The notes beneath the pieces are model-generated. The model worked only from the letters and a program-made list of their open reading frames with translations, searched no databases and had not been told where the DNA came from. From Selaginella moellendorffii (lineage: Eukaryota > Plantae > Lycopodiophyta): DNA of 64,000 nucleotides. The stretch spans positions 904,613 through 968,612 of the forward strand of contig NW_003314303.1 in the NCBI RefSeq assembly GCF_000143415.4, read 5' to 3'. The translations under genes and the position numbers were made by a program. Of the stretch, positions 24,363 to 36,890 are shown piece after piece. Every line of letters starts with the position of its first letter. Position 1 is the stretch's first letter.

Positions 24363-25369
24363 CTAGTCTGCAGTGAAGGAAAAAGAGAAAGATCTCATAC
24401 TTATGTGCAAGATCCAGCAATTCCAACTTGTCCACAAATCATACAGTTGCATCCTATCACAACATTATGTCCAATCTACATGCAAAGAAGCCAAGAGTAA
24501 GCAGTGCTTAAGAAAAGAAAATGTTTCTCAAACGTGAACCAAGTTGTCAAGCTTCACCTTATCCCAGATGACTGTATCACACCAGCTGATGATTAGTCTA
24601 GGGTAAATGAGACTTCAGAAGAAGAACGAGCCACTTTTGCTACCTCTCAGGGTCGAGGATGAATTGGCACTCACTGCTTCCAATCTTTATCAGCAATTCC
24701 TAAGAAAAAAACATTGTTTGTCGTTGCATTGCTTTTATTATTTATAATAAATCAGTGCTTGGAAAATTTGGTATTTTTCCCACTTTTCCTAAACAAGATA
24801 TTGTTTCAGAATGTTTATAAATTCTAAATATGTTATAGTTCGTTAGATTGACGGTTTGCTCAAAAGTAATTTGTATGTTCAATTACATTCTTTTCTATTT
24901 TTAATTTCTTTTTCTTTCCATTCATTGTTACGATCAAAACTCTTGATCATAGTTTCACATCTACGTGTACAAAAAAAGCTGGACGCCACTTGCGAGCAAA
25001 TGCTTGGTCATCGACTTGAGGCAGGAGACCAAGCAGCTCAAGGCACAGTTGAGTTAGTTCCTTTCATTTCTTTAGATGTACAGTGTTTCTAGAGGATGCT
25101 CGGAGCGTCTTCGTGGAGATAGAGCTAGAGTTGCAGCCGAACAAGGTTGCATCATATCTAGAGTTGCGGGTTTCAACTAATGCTCTGGCTAAATGCTATT
25201 CCAGGACGAGCTATATGGTAATTCCGGTTGAGTTGGACCGTTTGCCTTGAGGACCTCATTTCAGTTGAATTCGTTAGGGTTTGGTTGCGGGTTTATCATT
25301 TGGGAATGGCGGGATCATGAATATTTGGAAGCGCGAGATTTCTCTCTGGATCCAGGAATTTTGAGAGTC

Positions 25370-26402
25370 AGGCCGAAATGGAGAAGATTTGGTGTCTCGG
25401 CTGCATTTTCTTGCGCCGGCGTCTCATTCCACGCGACGTTGCATCGCAGCGATGCGCTGTTGACGACTGATGTGCATTGGTACACACAGACTCTGGATCA
25501 CTACACGACTCAAGTGAGAAGTTTTCTTTCTTTTTCCTTCAAGAGATTGGATTTTTACGTGCTCGATCTTTGCAGGACGATGGAACTTTTGCTCACCGTT
25601 ACTATGAGTTTACTGACTACTTCGATGCTCAAGATGTGTGGTGAGGGACCGTGTGTAGGGATCCAAAACGATTACAGTGCGGTAAGAAAAGCATTTTTTC
25701 TCGACTGAATTGGATCGCTTTTCTTACCTGCAGTGTCAAGGTGCTAGTGAAAAGATTAGGAGCCGCGATTGTTTCTCTGGAACACCAATACCATGAACAA
25801 AGCTCGCCATTCAAATCTCACGCGACAGAGAACTTGATTTTCCAAGCAGGCTCTTTTCGATCTCGCAGCATTTCGTGAATATTACCAGGTGAGCAGCTAT
25901 TTTATAGTTTCACTGCTTGAATAGATAAAAGAGTCGGCTATAAAAATGAGGGACATAAATGCGAGCATCAATATTTATGATCAAAAGCACTTGAAAGAAA
26001 ACTTGGCTACAGGAGATCTTTCAAGTAAGTCTAACGTTGAGATTGTGTTTTTGTTGATAGCCTGCATGTAGGTGATAGGTACCAAGTGTGCACCGAATTG
26101 GCATACTTTCAAGCGGCGCCTGCCAACAATAGCATTCGCTCTGCTCTCATTAATGTCAAGTACATAAGCACAAGCGGTATCATCTTATCCCATGTCCTGA
26201 TGCTTGTGCAGGGCGGGTACCATTTGGATTTACGCTCCAACGTCTTCGAGAACGGCACATTCCCAGAAGTCGATAGCACAAACCTTCACTACGGGGGAAA
26301 CAAGATCCCTGATGTTGTCCATCATTCGAGATAAGATTTTGTTTATAAACGGTTCCCAAGATCCTTGGTGTCATGTCTCCAAGCAAACTTCTTCGCTTAA
26401 TG
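25370..26402 (+). pseudogene. Serine carboxypeptidase S28 family (EDA2/prolyl carboxypeptidase-like) pseudogene, copy 1
   Basis: Exon pieces WYTQTLDHY, CGEGPC, AAIVSLEHQY, QALFDLAAF, YQVCTELAYFQ, NGSQDPW; middle exons missing, frameshifts. Confidence 0.8.
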
Positions 26403-26904
26403 GTAAGAGAGCCATCATAAGCTATGTCGTCTCAAATCAGCTTTGATGCAATTGCAGAGCCCGCATATGTGACAAAATGTCAAAACTGAGCTCATGGAGG
26501 TGATGTGTGAGGCTGTCTGCAGAGTATCGGAGTAAACCCATGGATTTCGTTTAATCAAGACGATGGCTGAGGGGCACTCTTCCTGGTGGCTCTGAGGATG
26601 GCAACTTTCGAAGTGGTGAACAAAAGTTTTTGGGTGAGGACATGATGGAGAGTAAGTTGAGGAGGAAAGACTAAGAAATCATGCAAAATATTGGAAGGAA
26701 GAAGAGGAGAGAGGGAAGAGGACAAAGCACCTCTCTCTATGTGATTTTTAGGGCTGTGGAGTCCCAAAACATGATAACAGGGATGGAGCTCAGCATGGAT
26801 GGCTTGAACTCAATGGACTTGGACACTCACTATCACTAGCTAAGTTTTGTGGAGCATTATTGTAGCATTCCCATACCTTTTTAGCATTTAATTTTTACTA
26901 TTGA

Positions 26905-27180
26905 TTTTTGGTTTGCTTAAGCAAATCTGTATGGATATTCTACCATCTAATAGTTGTTACTTATTATTTATAATTTATAAATCTTCTTAAGCACTTTCTA
27001 GTATATTTGTTTTTATTTTACCATCTAATGGTTGATATGCAATAAAATTCATCTTGTGTTTATAAATTATAAACATGTTGATAATTATAAATTTTTATTT
27101 GATCAATTGGATTAATAAGTAAGAATAACATTACTATTAAGCAAACCAAACATTGCTATTATGCAACGTGTAACAGATTT
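26905..27180 (+). mobile_element. AT-rich Helentron/HINE-like element, copy B (paralogous copy at ~45022-45450 has an extra ~140-bp insert)
   Basis: TTGGTTTGCTTAA...TTAAGCAAACCAA subterminal inverted repeats. Confidence 0.65.
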
Positions 27181-27539
27181 TTACTATTTTATATAAAAAC
27201 ACAATAAAATATCCCTCAAACCATTTTAAAAAATTATTAGAGGCATTAAATTTGTGAGGTTCAAGACAATGCCATATACTAATATTAGAGTAGTGGGATT
27301 TTGATAACTATTAGATTAGTTTCAATATTCATTTCTATATATAAACTAGGGTTTTTGGGTTAATATATTTTTGTATTCCATTTTTATATTTTATGCACTC
27401 ACAGTGATGTGTAGTTTTGATTGTCCCTGAGAAGTGTTTAATTTAGAATGTTGGTTTAGATCTAACTTTTATATAATTTAAATCTTCCTTTCTTTATAGC
27501 TTTTCCAATTTCTTCTCTGTTGTTTTTCCTTTGTGTTCA

Positions 27540-28450
27540 TTTTTATGGTAAAGCCTTATTCTTTAACTTTAGAGCAGCAGTTAGTGCAATTACTCAATGC
27601 TATGTGGTTATAATTGAATAATCAAACTCAATTGATAGCAACATTCACAGCATGTGATACAACTCCTCATGCTCGTGGTAATCCTTGCGTTCGGCCAAAG
27701 TTCTTATGTGAGTCCTAGAAATATGTACCATTAGTTTCATAAATTTATAGCACATATTATTCTTGGGATAATACTTAACAATTATGTAAGTTTCCCACGT
27801 GTCTTCAAGGGACAGTGTTACAATGGTATAGTGGTTTGAGTGTAGCGACTCGTGAGGATTGGAGCATTCTCCTAAATGTCTTTGTGTATTTAAACATGTT
27901 GATGATTGTAATGATACCTTTCAATAATGACATCATTTTTGTTAAAGGCCATATGAGTCAGTGATGCAATTTGGTGTTTGATTTTTGTTTCATGCCAAAT
28001 ATGTAAAAAAGGATCAAGTTAAGAATGTTGTGGCTAACACTTTGTAAAGATCTTGTAAAATTTGTATATACACTTACTTTAACCACTTTAAACAATACCT
28101 TTCACTTGGCATAATGTTATGAAATGTCACTTTTTCCACTTCTCATTACACGTACTTCAACTCCACTTCCTATAAAAGATAGTTATGCTCCACTTCTTAA
28201 AAAAAAAAATTATATTCTAATGAAGGTGGATGTTATTGCCGCCCAAGTTCAAAGACAAGGACGAAAACATAGTTATAACTGTGATGTCTATTGTTGGGTA
28301 TGTGATAAAAGTAGTTACATTTATTAGTATTGTTGATATTTTCCAAAGTGGTGACCTTCATTTCCTAGGTGAAGACTTTAGTATCAACAATATCTTGTTA
28401 ATGTTATTATAGATAAACATTAAGATACTTATGAGAAATAACAAGTCGCA
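27540..28450 (+). mobile_element. Degenerate Ty3/gypsy gag remnant (paralogous copy at ~45830-46750)
   Basis: Across copies: FxGSPRDDV...W, WYSGL...EDW, PMEVD motif and a decayed CCHC knuckle; many stops. Confidence 0.6.
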
Positions 28451-28529
28451 TGAGTAAAGTCAGAACATCCACAGCACCAAGAATTTCTTCAATCAAATGT
28501 CAAAGCAGAGCTTCACATCCTAGAATCTG

Positions 28530-29549
28530 ATGATCACTGCCTACTTGCACGACAGCCAAGTGAAATCTGCCAAGAGCCTCTTCAATCAAACCCCACCCAA
28601 GAACCCCCTCCTCTACAACGTGATGCTCACAACCTACGCCCATAACGGGTGCCACGCCCTCGCGATCGAGCTCTTCACCTTGATGCTGTGTAGAGATCTC
28701 ATCTCGTACAATGCAATGCTCTCTGCGCTCGTGAACTCTAGCCCTATCGATCAAACCAAAGATTTCTTCGATCTAATTCCCGAGAAGATCGTTGCATGGA
28801 ATACGATGCTCACAACATATGCCGAAAATGGGCATCTGGAAATGGCGATTTCCATGTTCGATTCGATGAGCCATCACGATATCGTGTCCTACACTGCCAT
28901 GGTCACTGCGTATGGATCGAGCGGCCAGATAGAACACGCAAGAATACTGTTTGCCTCGTCACTCCAGAAAGACGTGGTTTTATCAACTGCCATGCTCGCA
29001 GCATATGCCCATTTAGGGTTCTTGGCAGAGGCTAGCACAATTTTCGAATCTATGCGAGAATGCAGCATAATCACGTGGAATTATATGCTAGATGCTCACG
29101 AATTGAGCAGAAAAATCGAAAAAACGCAGTTTATTTTCGATTTGATGCCAGTAAGAGATACAGTGTCTTGGATTTTGATACTCAACGCATATGCCCGGCT
29201 TGGGCATCTGGAGAAAGCGATTTCGTTCTTCGCGACAATGCCAATGCCACACGCAGTCCCGGATCGCGTCGTGCCCTGGAACACGATGCTCGCAGCGCAC
29301 GGAACCAGCGGCCAGGACGCCGAGAATCTCCTGTGGGCCGCGAATTTGCAAGGTGTGGCCCCGGATGCCGGCTGGAGCTACTTCGTGTCGATGCGCAGCG
29401 ATTACTCGATCCAGCCGGAGAAGCTCCACTTTGGGTGCATGGTGGCCATCCTGGCTCGAGCCGGGAACTTCGATTTCGCCCGGGATCTCCTCGACAACAT
29501 GCCATTCGTTCCAGGGATCGAGCAATTGAGCTGCCTGACACTGTTCTAG
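28530..29549 (+). pseudogene. PPR-C copy 1 (339-aa ORF, N-terminally truncated against the gag remnant, internal deletion)
   Basis: Tandem short PPR motifs, HFGCMVAILARAG...MPF; lacks the segment seen at ~47620-47660. Confidence 0.7.
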
Positions 29550-29758
29550 AGCCAAACAACTTAGATTTCGTCCAGGAACTTCCAGAGATCGAGCAATTGG
29601 GCTAAGACGCAATTGCCCATCTCGAGATCAATTGGAAGAAACAAAGATCCTCCTCCACGTGCCATATATCATGTGTCGAAGGGCACCAAATTATAAAACT
29701 ATATCCGTGATCCTATCAAGCATCCCTCAAGCTCCCATATATAATATGTATGGTCCTT

Positions 29759-30184
29759 TCAGAGGGCTGTCTCTTCGCTCTTCGGAGCACTGGCCGCCTC
29801 GACTGTCTCCTGGACAGCATCCACAGCCTTGTCTTGGACGCTGCTTTTCCCCTCCGCGGCCTTGAGCTCTCCCGCCGCGGCCTCTGTCTTCTCTGGAGCA
29901 TCTTCGGTCAAGCACTTCCCAAACGGCTTGCCTTTGCGAATGTCCACGACAACGTTGGGGTTGGCAGTGTCCATACCCCCACCACCACCTTCCTTCTTAG
30001 CTCCTACTCCTCCCATTTGCTGCATCGCGGCGTCTGGAAGCTCCGAGTAGCTTGGAACTTCGCCGCTGGTCTTCTTTGCCTCCTTCTTTGGCTCCTCCGT
30101 GCCTGATCCATGGCCTGGTTGTTCCGTCTTTGGCTTCTCGCTCTCCTTGCCTCCGCTGAGAAAGGATCCTGCCTGCTTATCCAT
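29759..30184 (-). CDS. Nodulin-related protein, deleted but in-frame copy (141 aa); may be a pseudogene
   Basis: Colinear with the 183-aa copy at 47964-48515; at least 7 deletions, all multiples of 3. Confidence 0.55.
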   Translation of the reverse strand: MDKQAGSFLSGGKESEKPKTEQPGHGSGTEEPKKEAKKTSGEVPSYSELPDAAMQQMGGVGAKKEGGGGGMDTANPNVVVDIRKGKPFGKCLTEDAPEKTEAAAGELKAAEGKSSVQDKAVDAVQETVEAASAPKSEETAL

Positions 30185-30894
30185 GGAGGAAAAAAAAACG
30201 AAATGTGAGTAGACAAAGAGAAGAACCGAGAAGAAGAACCGAGAAAGTCTAAACTGTCGATGGCACTTCTCCAGTGGATAGTTTTATAGAGTCCGGGAAA
30301 ACGGGACAAATTTTTTACGCGTTGGGGCCCAAACGGGATCACTATCCTCCGGTGAAGAAAGATGGACGAGGTAAATGTGAGACACAGAAAAAAAGATATA
30401 TACAAAACTGCCCCACCCACAAGTGCCATCCAGACTCCGATTTGGATGCACCACCAAAGATTTTTATCAAGCCGCTGTGGTTTGATTTGTCACAGTGACT
30501 TACAAAACACATCGGAGAACTATAATACAAAGCTTTCGAGCCTTATTTCGTGCTGCTACCTTGTCTGCCAAAGAAAAGAAGAGTTTAGCATAAAAGAAAT
30601 GGAAAAACTTGTCATACCAGGTAATGAATTGTCTCGCTCCAGTTAAGAACTCTGTATCTGCAAAGAGAGAGAAGTCAACCAGGGAATCGTGAATCAAAAA
30701 CATGTCCTTCAGCCACACCAATTCCTCATATGACTGGTCCGTATTCTAGTTACACGAGCACTGCTCCAACCGGTTCCAAGACCGGGAGCAACGACGTGCA
30801 ACGTCAACGGGCAGCGCAGTGAGATTACTAAATTATGCATCATAGGACCGAACCACCAGAAGGAAAAAAAGTAAAGCGAACTTACATTGAGAGC

Positions 30895-31683
30895 TTAGAA
30901 GTTTAAGATGATCTTCTCTTGTGGAACCCCTTCGGCCGAGAGTAGATCAGTCACATCCTGCAATAAAAATATCACAGTGAAGGTAGAGCAAAGGGAAACA
31001 AAAAATCTCTACCTTGACCATGCCCTTGTGGCCACAAAGAAAAGTAACAACTTGAGAGGAATCTGGAATACTTATGTTCTTCGAAAAGGCTGCATAACAG
31101 TGACCATAAAAATACCTGGACATATCCTGATTCGCCCATCCAGCTCCCAAGGCTGCGAGAGCACGGGAATTATGCTCACGCCGTGTCCTATCGTAGAGAT
31201 AAGTGAGAATCGACAACCGAAAAAGAAACAAAAGAAGAGTACCCGATATGCCATTCTCTCAAGGCCCTCACATCGCTCCTCCTGTTCGCGTCAGTTCCGG
31301 CCTCTATAAGTGATCGAATCGAACTGTCCTGAAAAAAAAAAGAACCATACGTAAACCATCCCAAAAGATAGCGAACTACAAGTAAGAAAAACGAGTGGAA
31401 AGAAGGAAACATCATGTCTACGTAAGAGATGAAAGAACGAGAGTGGAAAGAAGAAAAAAAATGCCCTACGTAAGAACAAAAAAAGAAACGAGAAAAAATC
31501 ATGTCTACCATAGCAAGAACAAAAAAAAAAAAAAAAATCACGTTGAGTTCCTTGTCAAGGACGTGGAGGGCACTACCTCGGCTGTGCTGTGCGATCTGGC
31601 CAAGGGAGATAAGGTGGATTTAAGCCAAGTGATGGGCAAAGGTTTCGATATCGACCAGCTCTACCCTCCAGAGAAGTTCCAGA
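30895..31683 (-). pseudogene. FAD/NAD(P)-binding oxidoreductase pseudogene (exon 1 deleted, 139-bp piece inverted)
   Basis: Homologous to 49240-50585; 31545-31683 is the reverse complement of 50069-50207. Confidence 0.9.
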
Positions 31684-31940
31684 GGCCAGGAACCCTAAAT
31701 TCCCAAATTTTGGGAGGCCTTTAAACATGCCATTGTTGGCCATTTGCAACACTTACGGATTCTCAAGCTTGGAGATCTTCTTTGGGCATAGAATCGAACA
31801 CTTATCTAAAGTAAAGAAGCATATCTTGTGAGCAGATATGTCATTTTTTTTTTCTGACAAGATTCTTTCATGAAATTAGAACATTCTTCTAGCTTCCAAA
31901 TGCCGCATTTTCATTAGCCCATGTTGACTTTTGCGTTGAC

Positions 31941-34419
31941 ATGGTTGACTTTGCATTCACTTACATTGAAAAAGTGGCTCTGGCTCCTAAGAGATTCTTT
32001 CTTCTTGCGATGCTCCACAGCGATGGCGTTTCAACCACCACCACCACCAGCAGGAGCTGGAAAGTGGCAAAGAAATCGACGAAGGGAATCGCCACACTCT
32101 TGGCGGCGCTCAAGGAGGCAAGCAAGGCCAGGGATGCCAAGAGGGGGCGGGAGCTCCACTCCGACGCCATAGCCAGTGGAGTTGCGGGCGATATCTTCGT
32201 GGGCAGCAGCCTGGTGGACATGTACTGCAACTGCGGCCTCATGGGTGAAGCGCGAGAGGTATTTGACGCCATGCCTAGCCATGACATTGTCGTTACGCAG
32301 AGACGACGATGGATTGGCGGCGCTCGCCCTCTTCTCGCCGATGCGCGACGAGGCTGCTCTCCAAACTCGAGAACTTTTGTTGCTGCGGCCAAGGCATGCT
32401 CTAGCATTGCCACGGCTGAGAAGGAAGAAGAAGTTCCAAGAGGTAGCGAAGTATGCTCGACTTCCAAGATGGGATCGCTGGAGATTGGAATGGCGATCAA
32501 CTCGCAGGCCCTGGAGAGGAGGTGCGGATCCATTTTCGTGGAGAGCTGCCTCGTCGATATGTATGCCAAGTGTGGCGGCATGGACGACGCTCGACGCGTT
32601 TTCGAGAGCATGGAGAGGAGGAATATGGTGGCCTGGACGTCGCTCATGCTGGGCTATGCCGAGAGTGGCGATGGCCAAGCTGCGCTCGAGCTCTTCCAGG
32701 TGATGGAACGCGAGAATTGCCCGCGTGACGCTCGGACTTTCGTTGCCGCGGTGAAGGCTTGCTCGAGCCTGGCTATGGCGGCGAAGGAAGGATCATCTAG
32801 CGCGAGAGCCATGAGAGCTCTTGAGACCGGCATGTGTTCATCGCGAAGCTCGCAAGAGTGGATTCGAGTCGGATGCTTTCGTGGCTTGCGAACTTGTGGA
32901 TTTGTATGCGAAGTGTGGGAGTATGGAGGATGCGAGGAGGATCTTCGAGCGCTTCGCCAGCCACGACGTTGTCTCGTGGACGGCGTTGATACTCGGCTAT
33001 GGTGACAATGGCGAGAACGAGGTGGCGGTGGAGCTCTTCTTGCGCATGGTTCACCAGGGATACCATGCAAACGCTCGGACTTTCGTGGCAGTGATCAAGG
33101 CTTGTAGCAGCCTTGCCGAGGAGGAGCAAGGCGGAAGTGTGATAAAGTTTCGCGCTCTCGCCACTGGAATGGCGATCCATCGCCTCGCAGCTGCGAACGG
33201 TGGCTGCGATACTAGGGACGTTTTCGTGGGGAACACTTTGATCGACATGTATGCGAAGTGTGGAACTTTGGTGGATTCCCGGCGAGTTTTCGATGCGATG
33301 CTTACACGGGATGGTCTCGTACAACGCGATCATGCTGGGCTATGCCGAGAATGATGGCGAGGCTATGGCGCTCGAGCTACTCGCGGCCATGCACAGGGAA
33401 GAACCGCGCGTTGTGGCAAATAGCTTGAGCTACCTTGCTGCTGTGAAGGCTTGCAATCACTTGGCATCGCGAGAAGAAGCCAGGGACTTCGATGGAAGAG
33501 CTGTGAAGATCGAGAGCCTGGAGAAAGGCATGGCTGTTCATGCTCGAGCCACGGAAGCCCGGTGTGATCGAGATCTTTTAGTGGCGAGCAGCCTGATCGA
33601 TATGTACTCGCGAGCTGGAAGCATGGAGGATTCGCACAGGGCCTTTGATCAAATGGAGAGCCACGATGTAGTGTCATGGACGGGGCTCGTCTCCGGCTAC
33701 GCCGAGAATGGCGATGGCGAGGGCGCCCTGGCGGTGTTCTTCGCGATGGTGGACGAGGGAGTGGAGCCCGACTCGTGGACGCTCGCGGCGGCGCTCAAGG
33801 CGTGCGGATCCATCGCCTCGAGCAAAGCTGGGCGACGTCTCCATGGCGAGATTTGCCGGCATGGACTGGAGGGCGATACCATCGTGGTCACCGGTTTGAT
33901 CGACTTCTATGGGAAGTGTGCTACCATGGCCGACGCTCAGCGTGTCTTTGAGGGTTCCATGGTTGCCGCGCTGGACGAGGTTGCATGGACGGCTTTAGTG
34001 TCCGGCTATGCCGCCAGGGTGACGTGAAGTTCGTGTTTGTGACGTTCCAGGCGATGGTGGACACTGGCGTGAGGCCGGGTGGTGTGACCCTGCTGTGTGT
34101 GCTAGCCGCGTGTAGCCATGCCGGGCTTGTGGAGCGAGGGAAACGATTGTTTGGATCGATGAGAGAGAAGTATGGGATTGATCCTGGGCGAGAGCACTAC
34201 CACTGCGTGATTGATATGCTGGGGCGAGCAAACCATCTGGAGGAGGCGCTGGAGATTGTGAGATCGATGCCTTTCCAAGCGGGTGTCGTGACCTGGATGA
34301 CGATCTTGAGCGCTTGTAGGAAGTGGAAGAACACGAGAGTTGGAAGTGAAGCATTTGATGCGTTGGTTGGAATGGATGTGAGGGTGAAATCGTCAGCTTA
34401 TCATGTTAATGAGACCTAA
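31941..34419 (+). pseudogene. PPR-A copy 2, several frameshifts
   Basis: ORF pieces 31941-33005, 32821-33354, 33251-34027, 33985-34419. Confidence 0.9.
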
Positions 34420-34594
34420 AATCATCATACTTCTTTATTTAAAAGTGCTATTGGCATCGGGGGACAGATATTCTCTTACCCTTGGATTTGTCAAATTGAT
34501 GGTTCAGATGTAATACTTTCTTAAAAACAGTTATTATGGCTTTTTGTATCTGAGGGTTTCATATTTGTACTGATTGTGGTGGTTTGGATGTGAT

Positions 34595-34658
34595 CAATTC
34601 TTGCACCCTTATGGATTGACACTGTAACAACTAGACAGGTGCATGCTCTCTCTCGCAT

Positions 34659-34697
<39 letters not shown>

Positions 34698-35140
34698 AAT
34701 CTTCCATGGCGCTGGGGATGGTGATGAGCATCGCACCAAGAGATCCTGGTGCCACAAGAACCTGGCATCGGCACACAGGCGGCTGGCGATGGTGGCGCTC
34801 CCCCACCATGATTGCTACAGTGAGGACGTCATCGCACCAAGAGATCCTGGTGCCACAAGAACCTGGCATCGGCACACAGGCGGCTGGCGATTGTGGCACT
34901 CCCCCACCATGATTGCTACAGTGAGGACGTCACAAGCTTCCATTTATCCAGCTCTGTGAGGGATTCCCTCGATGCCATCTCCTACGGATTGGGGATCCAG
35001 TCCAAAGATTGGATCACGGGGATCAAGCTAGCAGTGCTGGATTTTGCCGCCATCGCGGCCAGCAATCCAGTTCTCGCACCCTTATGGATTGACATTGTAA
35101 TCGACTGGACAGGTGCGTGCTCTCTATCTCTCTCTCTCTC
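34595..35140 (+). repeat. Nested duplications: 101-bp tandem pair (34729-34932) between two copies of a ~60-bp motif each followed by (CT)n
   Basis: CATCGCACCAAGAG at 34729 and 34830; GCACCCTTATGGATTGACA at ~34603 and ~35076. Confidence 0.85.
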
Positions 35141-35179
35141 TGAGCGCACGCACATGCATGCACACACACGTGCAATTCT

Positions 35180-36890
35180 GATGGTATACTTGTTTGCTAC
35201 AACTCATATTATACCAATACACTGATTGTTAGTTTTTGCTTTTGTTGTAAGTTCAAAACTCATATTGTGTCAGATATCTATTAAGGAGCCTATTATGGAA
35301 GTATGCTGCAGAAAATCGGTAGGAGGCTTTCATGTCTCTGATTATCTAAAGTGCTTTTTGTGCCTTCAATATCTGTAAGTCCATAGCGATTTGATTGAAT
35401 ATAGCATAACTACCATATGTGGTTTTTGAAAAACAGAGAATAGCTGCATTACAGTCGACTATACTGCAGAGCTAAAACTATTTTAGGTAAGCAGTTCGGT
35501 GTGTCAATGTTGTAGCAATTTATTTCATCAGTTATAATCTCCCTAGGCAATAGTGAAAATGAGATGGTGGCAGCTGCCATGGATACTGCCACCTGAAAAA
35601 GAGCAGCCTGGGGAGTATGAACTGGCAGCTTTGAGAGAAAAGCAGGGCTATCAGCTTCAAGAAATGGCAGCAGCAAAACTATCCTCAAAGCTTATTGATT
35701 TAGAAAATGAGGCGGAATACTTGAAGAACCTTTTTCGGGATCTAGACTGATTGAGGTAATATATGTAAAGCTAACGGAGAAAGCATTAAGGTGTTAAAAG
35801 ATAGTGAATAGTGGTGACATTCTAGCATCACAGAAGTACCCTCTGCTCGAAAAGGCAGAAAGCCTTTTATTCAAGGAACAGTTGTGTATATCAAGTTTCC
35901 TTTTTGTCAGCTGTTGTGTGCTTGGCATTGGCAATTGAAGCGAAAAAGAAAGCAAAGATTTTTTAAAACAACAGAACCACTGGCAGAAAACCCAAAAAAT
36001 CGGGATCGTGCACTTGATAGACACATTCGAGCAAGGCAAAGATGTTAAGAAGAATCCCTGCAGAGAGAGCACAAGCAACAAATGGAAGAAGAGTATCGCT
36101 TGTACATCTTTTACATTTTTTTCTTTCTAAATATTTACAACTCTTTCTCATCATAGGAAAACCTGGAGAAGTATCTAGAGGAGTTGAAGGCCAGGCATTG
36201 TGAAGTTTCAACCAAGGTAGACCAAAGAAAACAGCAGAAAGTTTGCACAACCAACGGCCATGGTACTGTAGTTGCAGACTCACGGTCAAAAGTGAAAGGC
36301 TGACTGCCGTGTAGAGAGAACAAATGAAACTCTTAATGCAAGCAACCTTTGGACGAAGATACTTTTGGCATGAATGATGAGGACTGGCATATGTACAAGC
36401 AAATTGACAGAGACTACAAAGAAGAAGTAGAAGAAGATGTAGATGAAGATGAAGTAGAACTCAGTCGTCTAACCTCGAAACTCAAGGTATATCACTTTCG
36501 TCACTACTTTTCTTTTCCCTTTCTAACTGCTTTACTTCCAGGAAATTGATCTTTCATATACTTCAGTGCCACCACCCGGATTGCAGGAAATAGTGCCAGA
36601 GTTTGTAATATAACGGCCTCTTACTGAGAAGGACTACCAAATAGTTCTTGGTGTGGAACGATTCAGAGATATTCTTCCAGCCTGTAGATCAGGCAGAAGT
36701 GGGAGAAATGGCATCCATTGCCATGAGGAGAGTGCCAAACTAACTCGTCAGCCGAGTTATGGATGGGATGATTCTACTCACAGGTGGAAACTGCGAGTTT
36801 GATGGATTTAACAAGAGGATGTTCTTGGAGAGATTGATCACTGGGCTCGGTTATCAGAGTGGTGTGAGCAGCAGACCCGTGGTATGATGA
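35180..36890 (+). pseudogene. ARP5: Actin-related protein 5 (INO80 subunit) pseudogene with introns
   Basis: TTHIIP, VGGFHVSDYLK, LREKQGYQLQEMAAAK, DTFGMNDEDWHMYK, RPLTEKDYQIVLGVERF, ILLTGG; stops and frameshifts. Confidence 0.8.
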
